64,000 nt of DNA from assembly GCA_030692765.1 (NCBI GenBank), contig JAUYUB010000004.1:55391-119390 (forward strand), written 5' to 3'. A program made the position numbers and the translations under genes. The DNA is from Sulfuricurvum sp. GTDB taxonomy: Bacteria > Campylobacterota > Campylobacteria > Campylobacterales > Sulfurimonadaceae. Positions 1-10,201 of the stretch are shown here, piece after piece (the stretch's first letter is position 1; each line of letters starts with the position of its first letter). Below the pieces are notes generated by a model, which had not been told where the DNA came from, did not search any database, and was given only the letters and a program-made list of their open reading frames with translations.

Positions 1-47
1 AATGTTGTTCCCGAACGGGGATTACCTATAATAAAAAATCTATTCAT
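1..47 (-). CDS. Sulfotransferase family protein, N-terminus only (runs off the window start)
   Basis: Reverse strand from ATG at 47 reads MNRFFIIGNPRSGTT, the PAPS-binding 5'-PSB loop (FIxGxPRSGTT). It starts 3 nt after the aminotransferase stop. Not in the ORF track because it is truncated. Confidence 0.8.
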   Translation of the reverse strand, partial: MNRFFIIGNPRSGTT

Positions 48-50
48 AAT

Positions 51-1133
51 TTAATGCCCCTCAACTTGTATAGCTTGAACTACAGATATAATCATCTCAA
101 CTTCGTTTATCCCTAAATCAGGATAAATCGGCAAACACAAAATTCTTTCCGACAAATCACGCGAAATATCCATCGGTGCTTGCGGCTGGAGATATTCCAA
201 CGTATCTAATGACGGATGAAAATAGCGGCGAGGATATATTTGCTGCTTATTTAGTGCTTGTTGCAGTCTTAACACTTCTGATTCGTCTTTGAGAACAATC
301 GGAAAATAGTGGTAATTATTGGTTGAATTACCATTCATTTTTTGAAAACCGACTTTCCCTTCCAACGCTTCATGATACTTTTCCCAAATCTCTTTTCGTT
401 TTCTAAGGATCTCTTCCATATCATCCAAAACTGCCAAGCCCATAGCTGCAGAGAATTCATTCATTTTGGAGTTAATCCCAAGCTCGACAATTTCCCCTTT
501 TTCATACCCAAAGTTTATCAGCCGTTTAGCTTTGGCAAAAAGGGCATCATCTTTGATAATCAGTGCTCCCCCTTCGATCGTATGAAAGAGTTTCGTTGCA
601 TGAAAACTGACCGTTGAGATATCTCCGTAATCTAATACACTTTTATCTTTATACTTGACACCAAAAGCATGTGCCGCATCATAGATCACTTTTAATCCAT
701 TTCTTGAAGCTATTGATGCAATTTTCTCTACTTCACAACTGTTTCCGAAAACATGAACAGGCAAAATCGCTGATGTCTCCCGAGTAATATACTCTTCTAT
801 CTGACTAGGGTCTAGATTAAATGTATCCGGATCGATATCCACAAATACAGGAACCAAATTTTCCCACATAAGCGAACTGGTCGTCGCTACAAATGAAAAA
901 GGGGTCGTGATCACTTCTCCTTTTAAATCAAGCAGTTTATAAGCGATTTGCAAAGCCAAGGTACCGTTGGAAACTAAAAGAATATTTTTAACACCTAAAT
1001 AATCTTCTAATCTTTTTTCAAGCTCTTGGACCAAAGGACCATTATTGGTTAACCAGTTAGCTTGATAAATACTATCTATGTACGATTTGTATTTTTCACG
1101 GTTAGGAAGATAGGGTTTTGTTACATTAATCAA
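51..1133 (-). CDS. DegT/DnrJ/EryC1/StrS PLP-dependent sugar aminotransferase (VioA-like)
   Basis: Motifs SNGTLAL, TTPFSFVAT, YDAAHAFG and SFHATKLFHTIEGG (PLP lysine); TTG start. Confidence 0.92.
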   Translation of the reverse strand: MINVTKPYLPNREKYKSYIDSIYQANWLTNNGPLVQELEKRLEDYLGVKNILLVSNGTLALQIAYKLLDLKGEVITTPFSFVATTSSLMWENLVPVFVDIDPDTFNLDPSQIEEYITRETSAILPVHVFGNSCEVEKIASIASRNGLKVIYDAAHAFGVKYKDKSVLDYGDISTVSFHATKLFHTIEGGALIIKDDALFAKAKRLINFGYEKGEIVELGINSKMNEFSAAMGLAVLDDMEEILRKRKEIWEKYHEALEGKVGFQKMNGNSTNNYHYFPIVLKDESEVLRLQQALNKQQIYPRRYFHPSLDTLEYLQPQAPMDISRDLSERILCLPIYPDLGINEVEMIISVVQAIQVEGH

Positions 1134-1206
1134 CTTTACTGAGCTTCCCTAATATATTGATATTTTATAAAGCCCATTCTATCCCAAACAACCATAATTC
1201 TCAAAA

Positions 1207-1392
1207 TTAATTATGGAAACATAAATGCTTATTGAGCCCTAATTCGCAAACGAATCGAGCTTCCTCTTTATTTTTCACCATCTTAGCGATAATGACTTCA
1301 AAATTGCGGTACGTTTGACGTTTCAATGCTTGAATAATAAGTGATAAAGATGCTACGTCTTTATAAACTGCGACAATCACACTTACTCTCAT
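1207..1392 (-). pseudogene. Internally deleted GT2 glycosyltransferase relic
   Basis: N-terminus MRVSVIVAVYK...LKRQTYRNFEVIIA is a GT2 start. It joins directly to FVCELGLNKHL, which resembles a GT2 C-terminus. No DxD core; 61 aa. Confidence 0.75.
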
Positions 1393-2492
1393 GTAGACTC
1401 GAATATCTTTTTTAATTCACCAAACTGTTTTTGACTCTCAAAGACTTCCACCGCTTTTTGCTTGCCATTAAAAGCATATTCTATCCGTACGTCACGATTT
1501 TGCTGTAATAAAGCCAATTTATCGGCTAAATTTTCTAAATCAAACGTTTTAAACAACAAGCCATTAATACCATCATCAATAATCTCCAACGGTCCACCAC
1601 TGTTACTAGCAATTACACACACACCGCACATCATAGCTTCGATAAGGACCAATCCGAAGGTCTCGTTTTCCGTTGCCAATACCATCACGTCACACAGCTG
1701 CATCATGACCTGTGCTTCACGTGTAAATCCGGTAAAAATGATGCGATCTTTTAATCCCCTCATAATGACATCTTTTTGTAGAGCATTTAAGTATTCTTCA
1801 CTCATAGCATGGCCTATAATCAACGCTCGTGCATCGACTCCCTGCTTGATAAGTTTCTCAATTGCATCAATGACTACCCACTGACCTTTTTGCGGTTCAA
1901 TACGTCCTACAATGCCCACTGTAAATGAATCGGCTAATCCGAGCTGTTCTCGACGCTCTTTTTTATCTTCTTCTGAAATAATCATTGGTTGTTCTGCCCC
2001 GATGTAAAGTCTTTTGACTTTTGGGCAAATTTGCTCAGGAATAAATTTTTCAATTTGAGCTTTAACTTGCTGAGTAACAGCAAGTATCAAATCGATATTT
2101 CGATACAAAAAACGATGGTAAAAATCATCTTTGAACCTTGTCATCGTCATGTGGCGGGACTGTACTACTTTAGGTTTTCGTTTTGATAATAGCTTCGCAA
2201 TAACAACTGTCGGAAGGTCTTTTGTCCAGTGCACATGCAAAACATCAACAGCTTCAGCATCAATGATACGAGCCAAATCACGGGCAGTAAGCCATGCAAA
2301 AAGAACGTTTCTGCGTTTGAGGGTGAAATAACGATACTGCGTATCCTCATAATAACTTCTCAGCTTCCCTTTTTCGTTAATAACACTGATACATTCACCC
2401 TGATCACTCAAATAACGTGAAGCGCGCATCATATAAAGCTCCAGCCCTCCCAAATCGGGAGAGAGGCATAACTCACAAATCTTTTTACCCAC
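1389..2492 (-). CDS. Glycosyltransferase family 4
   Basis: GGLE N-terminal motif, ETFGLVLIEAM (EX7E), GIVGRI...KG. Confidence 0.92.
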   Translation of the reverse strand: MGKKICELCLSPDLGGLELYMMRASRYLSDQGECISVINEKGKLRSYYEDTQYRYFTLKRRNVLFAWLTARDLARIIDAEAVDVLHVHWTKDLPTVVIAKLLSKRKPKVVQSRHMTMTRFKDDFYHRFLYRNIDLILAVTQQVKAQIEKFIPEQICPKVKRLYIGAEQPMIISEEDKKERREQLGLADSFTVGIVGRIEPQKGQWVVIDAIEKLIKQGVDARALIIGHAMSEEYLNALQKDVIMRGLKDRIIFTGFTREAQVMMQLCDVMVLATENETFGLVLIEAMMCGVCVIASNSGGPLEIIDDGINGLLFKTFDLENLADKLALLQQNRDVRIEYAFNGKQKAVEVFESQKQFGELKKIFEST

Positions 2493-3240
2493 GTTTACTC
2501 TTTTGCTCCAAATTCATCTCATACAGCTTGATGTATTTGTAGAAATTGGTCGCCATATGCGAAAAAGCAATAATAAGCCCTGCATACCCATCCAAAAATC
2601 CCCGCTTAAGAATATAAGTTCGGAAGAATGAATACAGACTATTAAAAAATGCCTTGGCTGGAGATGAGTCTTTTTTACCTGTATTATCCATCGCAAAAAG
2701 AGTCGAATAGCGATCCGCTTTTAGGATGAATTCTGAAATACTCTGATAGGGAAAATGACTAAAACTGTTTGAAAGTTTTTCGATCTTAAATCCATTAGTC
2801 AAAATATGCTCATGCACTTGCTTGTCACTGTAGCTCGTGCTTTTTCGATTATAAATTCGGACGATTTCATCTGCTCCCCAGCAATAATGAACTTCAGTCT
2901 CTTTGTAAAAATTTTTGCGCAACAGTGTATAAACAGTTTTGGATTCATATGCCAGTGCCTTGATCTCTTGAATGATTTCTTCATTTAAAATCTCATCTGC
3001 ATCAAGTGACAATATCCAGTCATTTTTTGCAAAACCGGCTGCCGCATTTTTTGTGGGACCAAAACCGATAAACTCGCCTTCAATCAACTGTACATTGGGA
3101 TATCCTGAAGCGATAAACGCTGTATCATCAGTAGATCCATTGTTATAAACAACAACATCCTCAAAGCTGTTCAGACTCTCTAAACAGCGTTCCAGAATTG
3201 TGCCGCCGTTTTTGACGATTATAACAACTGAAATAGCCAT
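2485..3240 (-). CDS. Glycosyltransferase family 2 (LPS core, WaaE/KdtX-like)
   Basis: ISVVIIVKN, NGSTDDT, LSLDADE, GFLDGYAGL; start moved to ATG 3240 after an AGGG SD. Confidence 0.9.
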   Translation of the reverse strand: MAISVVIIVKNGGTILERCLESLNSFEDVVVYNNGSTDDTAFIASGYPNVQLIEGEFIGFGPTKNAAAGFAKNDWILSLDADEILNEEIIQEIKALAYESKTVYTLLRKNFYKETEVHYCWGADEIVRIYNRKSTSYSDKQVHEHILTNGFKIEKLSNSFSHFPYQSISEFILKADRYSTLFAMDNTGKKDSSPAKAFFNSLYSFFRTYILKRGFLDGYAGLIIAFSHMATNFYKYIKLYEMNLEQKSKRG

Positions 3241-3315
3241 ATTTACCCTTTCAGAATCAATCAACTCACTTTTGTGTATCATAGCATACACGCTCTTAAG
3301 GACAATTTTTCACTT

Positions 3316-4083
3316 ATGAATATCCAATATGAATACCAAAATCGCTATCAATCTTTAATCCCTTCCTTTGAATCTATACGAGAAATTTTTGTAGCAGATG
3401 ATCACAGTATCCATAAAGCCCGTAATGAACTTAAAATTATTGAACTGGACGGGATAAAAACCGTTGTTAAATCGTTCAAAATTCCTCATCTTCTTAACCG
3501 TATCGTCTATACCTATTTTCGTAAGAGTAAAGCACATAAATCCTATCACAATGCTCTTCGACTTGAAGAACTTGGAATTTCAACTCCAAAGCCTATTGCT
3601 TTGATCGAATTTTATGAATCGGGTCTGCTGGGAGAGAGTTTTTTTATTGCTGAGTATTTTGAATACGACTTTACCATTCGCACTCCCCTGCTCGAACCGC
3701 TGGAAGATAGAGAAGCTATTTTCAAAGCCTTTGCGGCTTATACCTACGGTCTGCACCAAAAAGGAGTATGGCATCTGGACTATTCGCCCGGCAATATTCT
3801 CATCAAACGAACTTCGTCAGGGTATCAATTCAGTATTGTCGATATCAACCGCATGGAGTTTCGCCCTATTACACCTTTAGAAGGGTGTGAAAACTTTAAC
3901 AAACTCTGGGCCAGTGATGAGGAACTTGAGATTATGGGGCGTGAATATGCACGTCTAAGCGGATTTAATGTGGCAGTAACCATCGCAGAGATGAAAAAAC
4001 ATAATGATGCCAACAAAAGCATCAAAAACTTCAAAAAGAGACTCAAAAACCTTTTAAAAGGAAACTTTTCAACTCCCGTTTGA
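3316..4083 (+). CDS. LPS kinase, Kdo/WaaP family
   Basis: VVKSF, HQKGVWHLDYSPGNIL catalytic loop, IVDINR; likely start MNIQY at 3316. Confidence 0.85.
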   Translation: MNIQYEYQNRYQSLIPSFESIREIFVADDHSIHKARNELKIIELDGIKTVVKSFKIPHLLNRIVYTYFRKSKAHKSYHNALRLEELGISTPKPIALIEFYESGLLGESFFIAEYFEYDFTIRTPLLEPLEDREAIFKAFAAYTYGLHQKGVWHLDYSPGNILIKRTSSGYQFSIVDINRMEFRPITPLEGCENFNKLWASDEELEIMGREYARLSGFNVAVTIAEMKKHNDANKSIKNFKKRLKNLLKGNFSTPV

Positions 4084-5014
4084 CCCTCACCAACATCTCT
4101 GCGCGTCCTGTAGGATCAAGAGGGATCATGAAATGGTGCTGTTTGTTCTCTGCACCAATGCTTTTCCAACGTACCGAGGATGCAAATTTTGAATCTCCAA
4201 AAAAAGTAAACGTCTCACATCCACTCGCACTGGCTAAATGATAGGTCCCCGTGGAGGTACTCACAAAAAGTTTAAATCGGCTTAGCAATGCTGCAAAATC
4301 CACAACCGTTCCGACGGAACGATAGAGAATCACCCTGCTCTCACCTAAAAGCTTCTTCGCTTCCTCATACAGCTTTTCTTCATCGGGCCCAAAGGTCATC
4401 ACAACATCAACAGCCTCATTCTCTGTCGCAATTGATACCAACTGTATATATTCTTCCAGCGTCCAATTCGCATCCGATGAACCTCCAAAACCAGGGTGAA
4501 AAGCCACCACTGGTTTTATAACCCCATACTCAGCACAAAAGTTTTGAAAAGTTTCATCGCCAAAGTGTAAAAGAGGTTTGGGGAAATCAAGTGAAATATC
4601 CTCAAACAGTGTTTTAGTCAACTGAAGATTGTATTCGAACTCTGCCATTTCCACCCGGCTGCGGCGCTGCTTGATACGTCGATTGTAAAAAATCTGTGCG
4701 ATTTTAGTAGCGGGTGCGATACGAATAGGAATACGGGCTATCCACTGTGCCAATGCAACGCGCGTGTTTGAGAAGAGGGTAACCGAGGCATCAATGTTCG
4801 CTTTTTTAATCTCAAATGCAAGTTCCAAAATATCTTTTCCCTCATCCACGATCACCTCATCGATAAAATCACACGATTGGGCCAGCTTGCGATTCAGCGG
4901 TGCGACGAGAGCAATAATGCGGTTGGCAGGATTATGATGTTTCAATACATAAAAAGTAGGCAATGCCGTGATAAAATCACCCAGTTTGTCATTTCGTACT
5001 ACGAGTATATTCAT
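4043..5014 (-). CDS. Glycosyltransferase family 9 (heptosyltransferase-like)
   Basis: ILVVRNDKLGDFI, FHPGFGGS, STSTGTYHLA; start MNILVV at 5014. Confidence 0.9.
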   Translation of the reverse strand: MNILVVRNDKLGDFITALPTFYVLKHHNPANRIIALVAPLNRKLAQSCDFIDEVIVDEGKDILELAFEIKKANIDASVTLFSNTRVALAQWIARIPIRIAPATKIAQIFYNRRIKQRRSRVEMAEFEYNLQLTKTLFEDISLDFPKPLLHFGDETFQNFCAEYGVIKPVVAFHPGFGGSSDANWTLEEYIQLVSIATENEAVDVVMTFGPDEEKLYEEAKKLLGESRVILYRSVGTVVDFAALLSRFKLFVSTSTGTYHLASASGCETFTFFGDSKFASSVRWKSIGAENKQHHFMIPLDPTGRAEMLVRVKRELKSFLLKGF

Positions 5015-5068
5015 TGCCAGCCCCTGCTTTAATGAGGTAATTTTACCCAATAACGCTATAATCTCACC

Positions 5069-6238
5069 ATGAAAGAACCGTTTTCTTGGGATCATTATTC
5101 CGATCAGCCTGCCATCATCCGTGACAAATCACTCAAACGTGCTATGCGCCGCAGTGCATTGCCCTCCCTGATCAAAACTTTTTTAATTGCTTTACTTGTA
5201 TTACCCATCGCTTTTGTCGTTACCCTCTTTCTCCCGCGCAAAAAAATAACGGGTGCAGAATTTTTCGGGATGGGTGTCAATCTGAACAACAGTTCCTCAC
5301 TCACTCCCGAACTCATCGCTGAATTGGGGGTCAAAAAATTGCTCATTCGCATCCCCCTTTGGGAGATGAATCGTTTGGACGAATACACCGCATTTATTCG
5401 TTCTTTACAAAACCACCACATCACCGTTGCCATTTTACAAGACCGTCAACACATCACGAATCACACGCTTACCAAAAAACATTTAACCCAAATTTTTACA
5501 TCTCTTGAAAATGTTTGCAATACCTATGTTATCGGCTCTACCATTAACCGTGCCAAATGGGGATTTTTCAGCGTCAATGAATACCTGAACTTTTATGCCG
5601 TTGCCTACAGATTAAAAAAAGAGTCTTTTCCTAATCTCAAATTTATCGGCTCAAACGTCATCGATTTTGAACTGCACTTTACCACCCATACCCTTTTTAA
5701 TCTCAAAGATATTTACTTTGATGCTCTAGGAACACTGCTGTATGTTGACAGACGCGGTGCTCCTGAAAACAGCCAAATGGGCTTTAATCTGATGGGTAAA
5801 ATCAATCTGATCGATGCGTTAATGCGTCTAAGTTTTAAAACGACCAATGAACTGATTATCACCGAAACCAATTGGCCCATCAAAAATACTGCCCCCTATG
5901 CCCCTACAAGCGAATTTGAATGTATTAGCGAAGACGATTACACCAATTATATGATTCGTTATCACTTGCTTGCGTTTGCTACCCAAAAAGTAGCGTGCGT
6001 TTACTGGCATCAACTCATTGCTCCCGGATATGGACTCATTGATAACCGCGATGGTGTTATTGTCAAACGGGGTGCTTTTGATGCTTACAAGACGATGCTT
6101 TCTCATCTTTGTGATGCTCAATTTAGCAGTTACCAAGAAAATAAAAACGACTATGCTTTAATCTGTTCTACTCCAAGAGGAACTTTACATATTAGCTGGA
6201 CTCTTACCTCAACTCCGATCTATACCTACAAGGCCTAA
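5069..6238 (+). CDS. Glycoside-hydrolase-like (clan GH-A TIM barrel) protein with an N-terminal TM segment
   Basis: GVKKLLIRIPLW, LIITETNWP nucleophile-like motif, VYWHQL...YGL; hydrophobic segment near residues 35-55. Confidence 0.6.
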   Translation: MKEPFSWDHYSDQPAIIRDKSLKRAMRRSALPSLIKTFLIALLVLPIAFVVTLFLPRKKITGAEFFGMGVNLNNSSSLTPELIAELGVKKLLIRIPLWEMNRLDEYTAFIRSLQNHHITVAILQDRQHITNHTLTKKHLTQIFTSLENVCNTYVIGSTINRAKWGFFSVNEYLNFYAVAYRLKKESFPNLKFIGSNVIDFELHFTTHTLFNLKDIYFDALGTLLYVDRRGAPENSQMGFNLMGKINLIDALMRLSFKTTNELIITETNWPIKNTAPYAPTSEFECISEDDYTNYMIRYHLLAFATQKVACVYWHQLIAPGYGLIDNRDGVIVKRGAFDAYKTMLSHLCDAQFSSYQENKNDYALICSTPRGTLHISWTLTSTPIYTYKA

Positions 6239-6239
6239 T

Positions 6240-7199
6240 ATGACCATTTTGATTATCCTTCCAAATTGGCTTGGTGATGCAGTGATGGCGACTCCCGCCA
6301 TCGAGGCGCTTTGTGTCGCTTATCCCAACGCCAAGCTGACCATGGTCGGTTCCTATGTCAGTATTGAAGCGCTCAAACATCATCCGCAATGTGTACGTTC
6401 CTACGTCGATGAAACTAAAAAGAGCGGAAACCGCTTTCTCAACACCTACCGTTTTGCCAAAGAGCTGGGTGCTCATGATATGGCGGTTACTTTTCGAAAT
6501 CAGCCTCACTCATCCCTTATCCTTTTTTGTAGTGGCACTGCTGTAACAGTTGGACGAAAGAGCTGGCATTCGAAGCTTTTTCTTACCCATGCCATCAAAC
6601 CTTCACATCCTTCTCACTTAGTAGAACAATATCGTGATATCGCCCAAAGCTTGGCCCAAATACCTCTTATCCAAGGACAACTCAAACTTCACCTTCCTGT
6701 CCATCAATACCATCGTCCAACACTTGGAATCAACCCTGGAGCGACCTATGGCAGTGCCAAACGATGGTATCCAGAAAAATTTGCCGAAGTAGCCTTGGCC
6801 TTTAGTAATCACTATGAGATTGTTTTATTCGGAGGGCCAAATGAAGTGGATATGGCCAAAGATATTGAATCTCGATTACAAGGTATTGCTATCATCAATA
6901 TGGCGGGTAAAACATCCGTCTCAGAGTTGTGTTCCATGATTGCAGGTTTAGATATGTTCATCACCAATGACAGCGGACCCATGCATGTCGCCGCAGCATA
7001 TCAAGTACCCACGGTCGCTATTTTTGGTCCTACGCGCCATTTAGAAACGTCACAGTGGATGAATGAAAAAAGTGTTATTGTACGACATAAAATGGAATGC
7101 GCCCCATGTATGAAGCGTGAATGCCCGCTGGGACATCATGAATGCATGACGAGTATTACCTCTAACGAGGTAATCGAAGTTGTTAGAAATCTAATCTAA
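6240..7199 (+). CDS. waaF: ADP-heptose:LPS heptosyltransferase II
   Basis: PNWLGDAVMA, GINPGATYGSAKRW, TNDSGPMHVAAA, CAPCMKRECPLGHHECM. Confidence 0.93.
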   Translation: MTILIILPNWLGDAVMATPAIEALCVAYPNAKLTMVGSYVSIEALKHHPQCVRSYVDETKKSGNRFLNTYRFAKELGAHDMAVTFRNQPHSSLILFCSGTAVTVGRKSWHSKLFLTHAIKPSHPSHLVEQYRDIAQSLAQIPLIQGQLKLHLPVHQYHRPTLGINPGATYGSAKRWYPEKFAEVALAFSNHYEIVLFGGPNEVDMAKDIESRLQGIAIINMAGKTSVSELCSMIAGLDMFITNDSGPMHVAAAYQVPTVAIFGPTRHLETSQWMNEKSVIVRHKMECAPCMKRECPLGHHECMTSITSNEVIEVVRNLI

Positions 7200-7767
7200 G
7201 GCCAAAATAAAAGGCATTGTTATACGTCACACTGCGATTCTTCAAATTGGTATCAATCTGACGATATCCGACTTCGATACGGGCATTATCAATCGGCTCT
7301 ACATCCAGATGAATACGAGTCTCAAAATAATCATCGGCATCTTTAAATGCAAGGACTGAAGGTGCATAGTACATTGCGCCCCCTAAATAAAATGCAATTG
7401 GTGAATTAAGCGGTAGTTTGAGCTCTGCTTCGACTCCCAATGGAATTGCGGCAAAACTTTGACCATCGATCTTTGTATATTCACCTTTAAATCCAAGCCC
7501 AAGCTTTAAACCGCGGACCCCTCTTACATCATTTTGCACCATAAAAGAGACTTCCATCAAAGGGTCAGGATCAACAATCGTTTGACTGTTATTGTTATCA
7601 CCGTTTAAAAAGCGAGCACCCATATAAGTGTGTTCCATATCCCCCATACGTCCCATATCCAGACGGATCTGTCCTTCAACGTCATTATCATTTACATTGA
7701 CTTCCACTTGATGTGCCGCAAATGCTGCACTACTGATCAAAACACTTAATAAGAGTTTTTTTAACAT
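7183..7767 (-). CDS. YfaZ-like outer-membrane beta-barrel protein
   Basis: Signal peptide, alternating beta-strands, YYAPSVLAF, C-terminal F. Confidence 0.7.
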   Translation of the reverse strand: MLKKLLLSVLISSAAFAAHQVEVNVNDNDVEGQIRLDMGRMGDMEHTYMGARFLNGDNNNSQTIVDPDPLMEVSFMVQNDVRGVRGLKLGLGFKGEYTKIDGQSFAAIPLGVEAELKLPLNSPIAFYLGGAMYYAPSVLAFKDADDYFETRIHLDVEPIDNARIEVGYRQIDTNLKNRSVTYNNAFYFGLRLDF

Positions 7768-9194
7768 GTCGTTCCTTTATTAATACGTGATATTGTCGCT
7801 GTTGTACTTTTCCCATCTACAAATTGCACTAAACGCAATTCCCCAGAAAACTCAGCACCCACAACCGATTTTCCTTCATAATCCCCGCCCTTGACCAAAA
7901 TATCAGGAGCAATACTCTTAATGAGTTCATACGGAGTTTCGTCGCTAAACATCACGACATAATCGACCGATTCGAGTGCCGCTAAAATATAGGCACGATC
8001 CTCTTGGGGATTGACCGGTCGCGTAGGCCCTTTTAGTTCGCGGACAGAACTGTCCGAATTAAGTCCTACAATCAAAATATCCCCGTAGCTCTTCGCCTCT
8101 TGAAGATATTTAACGTGCCCCACATGCAGAATATCAAAACATCCGTTTGTGAATACGACGCGCTTTCCTTCACGCTTCAATCGTTGTACAATCGCTGTAA
8201 TCTCCTCTTGCGATTTGATATGCGCATCGGAACTGCTTTGGTGCAAACTCGATTCATACGTCTCAATCTCATCCAATGTCACCGTCGCTGATCCTATCTT
8301 GCCTACAACCACTGCCGCCGCATGATTGGCAAAAGGTGCCGCTTCATCGATAGAGAGTCCGCACGAAAGAGCGAAAGATAGCGATGCGATCACCGTATCT
8401 CCGGCACCCGTAACATCAAAGACTTCTTTGGCAACCGTAGGATATCGACGCATTGTTTCATCAAAAATAGCAATTCCATCTTCAGAGAGTGTGATCATCG
8501 AACATTGAAGATCACACCTACCTTTCAGACTAAGTAATGCTTCACGTAACGTTGCCTCATCTTTGATCGTGATCCCAGTCGCTTCAGACGCCTCTTTTTT
8601 ATTCGGTGTTAACAAATACGCGCCGCTGTATTTACGGTAATCTTTCCCCTTTGGATCGACTAGAACTTTTTTGCCTTTGGCTTTAGCGCACGCAATCACC
8701 CCTTGTGCCACTGCTTGAGTTATGACACCTTTACCGTAATCAGAGAGGATCACCATGTCACACTGCCCAACAACACTCTCAACGTATCTAATCACTCCTT
8801 GTGCGCTTTGTGTTTCTACAGATTCTTTGGATTCCTTGTCGTAACGAAGAATTTGCTGATTTGAGGCGATAATACGGCTTTTTTTAGAGGTCTTACGTCC
8901 TTCTTGAACTATCAGTCCCTCACATGAAACGCCCAAGGACGCAAGCATACTTTTAAGCTCAATGCCATTATCATCATCACCGATTACCCCTGCCACACTG
9001 ACACGTGCACCCAAGGTAACGAGATTATTGATAACGTTTCCAGCCCCTCCAAGTACGGTTGTTTCACGTGCGATATCGACTACTTGCACCGGAGCTTCAG
9101 GAGATATACGCTCACATCCTCCCCATAGATAATGGTCAATCATCAAATCACCGATGACGAGAATATGAGGCTGTGCATCTTTAAGACGATTCAT
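7761..9194 (-). CDS. hldE: Bifunctional heptose-7-phosphate kinase / heptose-1-phosphate adenylyltransferase
   Basis: RISPEAPV, DVTGAGDTV, FTNGCFDILHVGH, KGGDY. Confidence 0.97.
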   Translation of the reverse strand: MNRLKDAQPHILVIGDLMIDHYLWGGCERISPEAPVQVVDIARETTVLGGAGNVINNLVTLGARVSVAGVIGDDDNGIELKSMLASLGVSCEGLIVQEGRKTSKKSRIIASNQQILRYDKESKESVETQSAQGVIRYVESVVGQCDMVILSDYGKGVITQAVAQGVIACAKAKGKKVLVDPKGKDYRKYSGAYLLTPNKKEASEATGITIKDEATLREALLSLKGRCDLQCSMITLSEDGIAIFDETMRRYPTVAKEVFDVTGAGDTVIASLSFALSCGLSIDEAAPFANHAAAVVVGKIGSATVTLDEIETYESSLHQSSSDAHIKSQEEITAIVQRLKREGKRVVFTNGCFDILHVGHVKYLQEAKSYGDILIVGLNSDSSVRELKGPTRPVNPQEDRAYILAALESVDYVVMFSDETPYELIKSIAPDILVKGGDYEGKSVVGAEFSGELRLVQFVDGKSTTATISRINKGTTC

Positions 9195-10201
9195 GAAACT
9201 TCCTCTTCAAATAGACGCTTAATTTCAGGAGCATATGCTTTTATCCCATCTTCAAATTCAAAACGAGGAGCATAGCCTAATACATTACGGGTACTATCAA
9301 TATCCGCTTCGGTATGAAACTGATAGCGTCCGATATACGGATTAGGAATGTATTCACACGTAAATGAAGTTCCCAGCTCATGCTGTAAAATATCGACCAT
9401 CGATTGAAATGATCGCGCTTTTCCTGTTCCGACATTAAATACACCTGATTCTCTAGGCTTCATCGCCAAAACATTGGCTTGCACAATATCCTCGATGTAA
9501 ATAAAGTCTCGCAATATCTTGTCTGAATTTTCAAAGAGTTTCGGATTTTTACCACTGAGTAGCTGATGACCAAACTGCACTACCATCGAGGCTGTTTTGT
9601 TTTTGAAAAACTCATGCGGTCCGTATACGTTAAAATAACGCAATCCCACAATCGAAATGTTTTTAAACTTTTGCGCATAGTCACGCGCCAAATAATCCAT
9701 CATCAGCTTTGAAAATCCATACACATTTTGAGGAGCTTCACGTCCTACTCTCTGCGGTGAGGGAGCATCACCGTATGTGGCACCCGAAGAGGCATAAATC
9801 ATGTTTGCACCATGTGCTACTGCCATATCCAGCAAATCTTTAAAGGCATTCACATTGGTTTGTATCATCAAATCCTGTTCCAGTGCGGTCGTATCTGATA
9901 TCGCCGCTTCGTGAAAAATATAGTCAAATTTATACCCGGCAGCAAGTTTTGCAAGAAGCGCTTGATCGTTGATGTCTCCACTAATCACTTCCCCTCTAAA
10001 CCCGATGAGATTTTTGAAATGTCCAAAACTTTTGAGATTGCCATTGGAAAGTGTTAAATTGGAACGGAAGAGATCTAAAACGACCACTTTTGCTTGCGGA
10101 TAATGTTCTTGAAAATAAAAAGCGAGATTCGAACCGATAAAGCCAGCTCCTCCCGTTATTAAAATAGTTTTAGTGTTTAAATCAATATCACTGTAGCGCA
10201 T
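9191..10201 (-). CDS. hldD: ADP-L-glycero-D-manno-heptose 6-epimerase
   Basis: TGGAGFIGSN, YASSGATYG, YGFSK, LRYFNVYGP. Confidence 0.95.
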   Translation of the reverse strand: MRYSDIDLNTKTILITGGAGFIGSNLAFYFQEHYPQAKVVVLDLFRSNLTLSNGNLKSFGHFKNLIGFRGEVISGDINDQALLAKLAAGYKFDYIFHEAAISDTTALEQDLMIQTNVNAFKDLLDMAVAHGANMIYASSGATYGDAPSPQRVGREAPQNVYGFSKLMMDYLARDYAQKFKNISIVGLRYFNVYGPHEFFKNKTASMVVQFGHQLLSGKNPKLFENSDKILRDFIYIEDIVQANVLAMKPRESGVFNVGTGKARSFQSMVDILQHELGTSFTCEYIPNPYIGRYQFHTEADIDSTRNVLGYAPRFEFEDGIKAYAPEIKRLFEEEVS

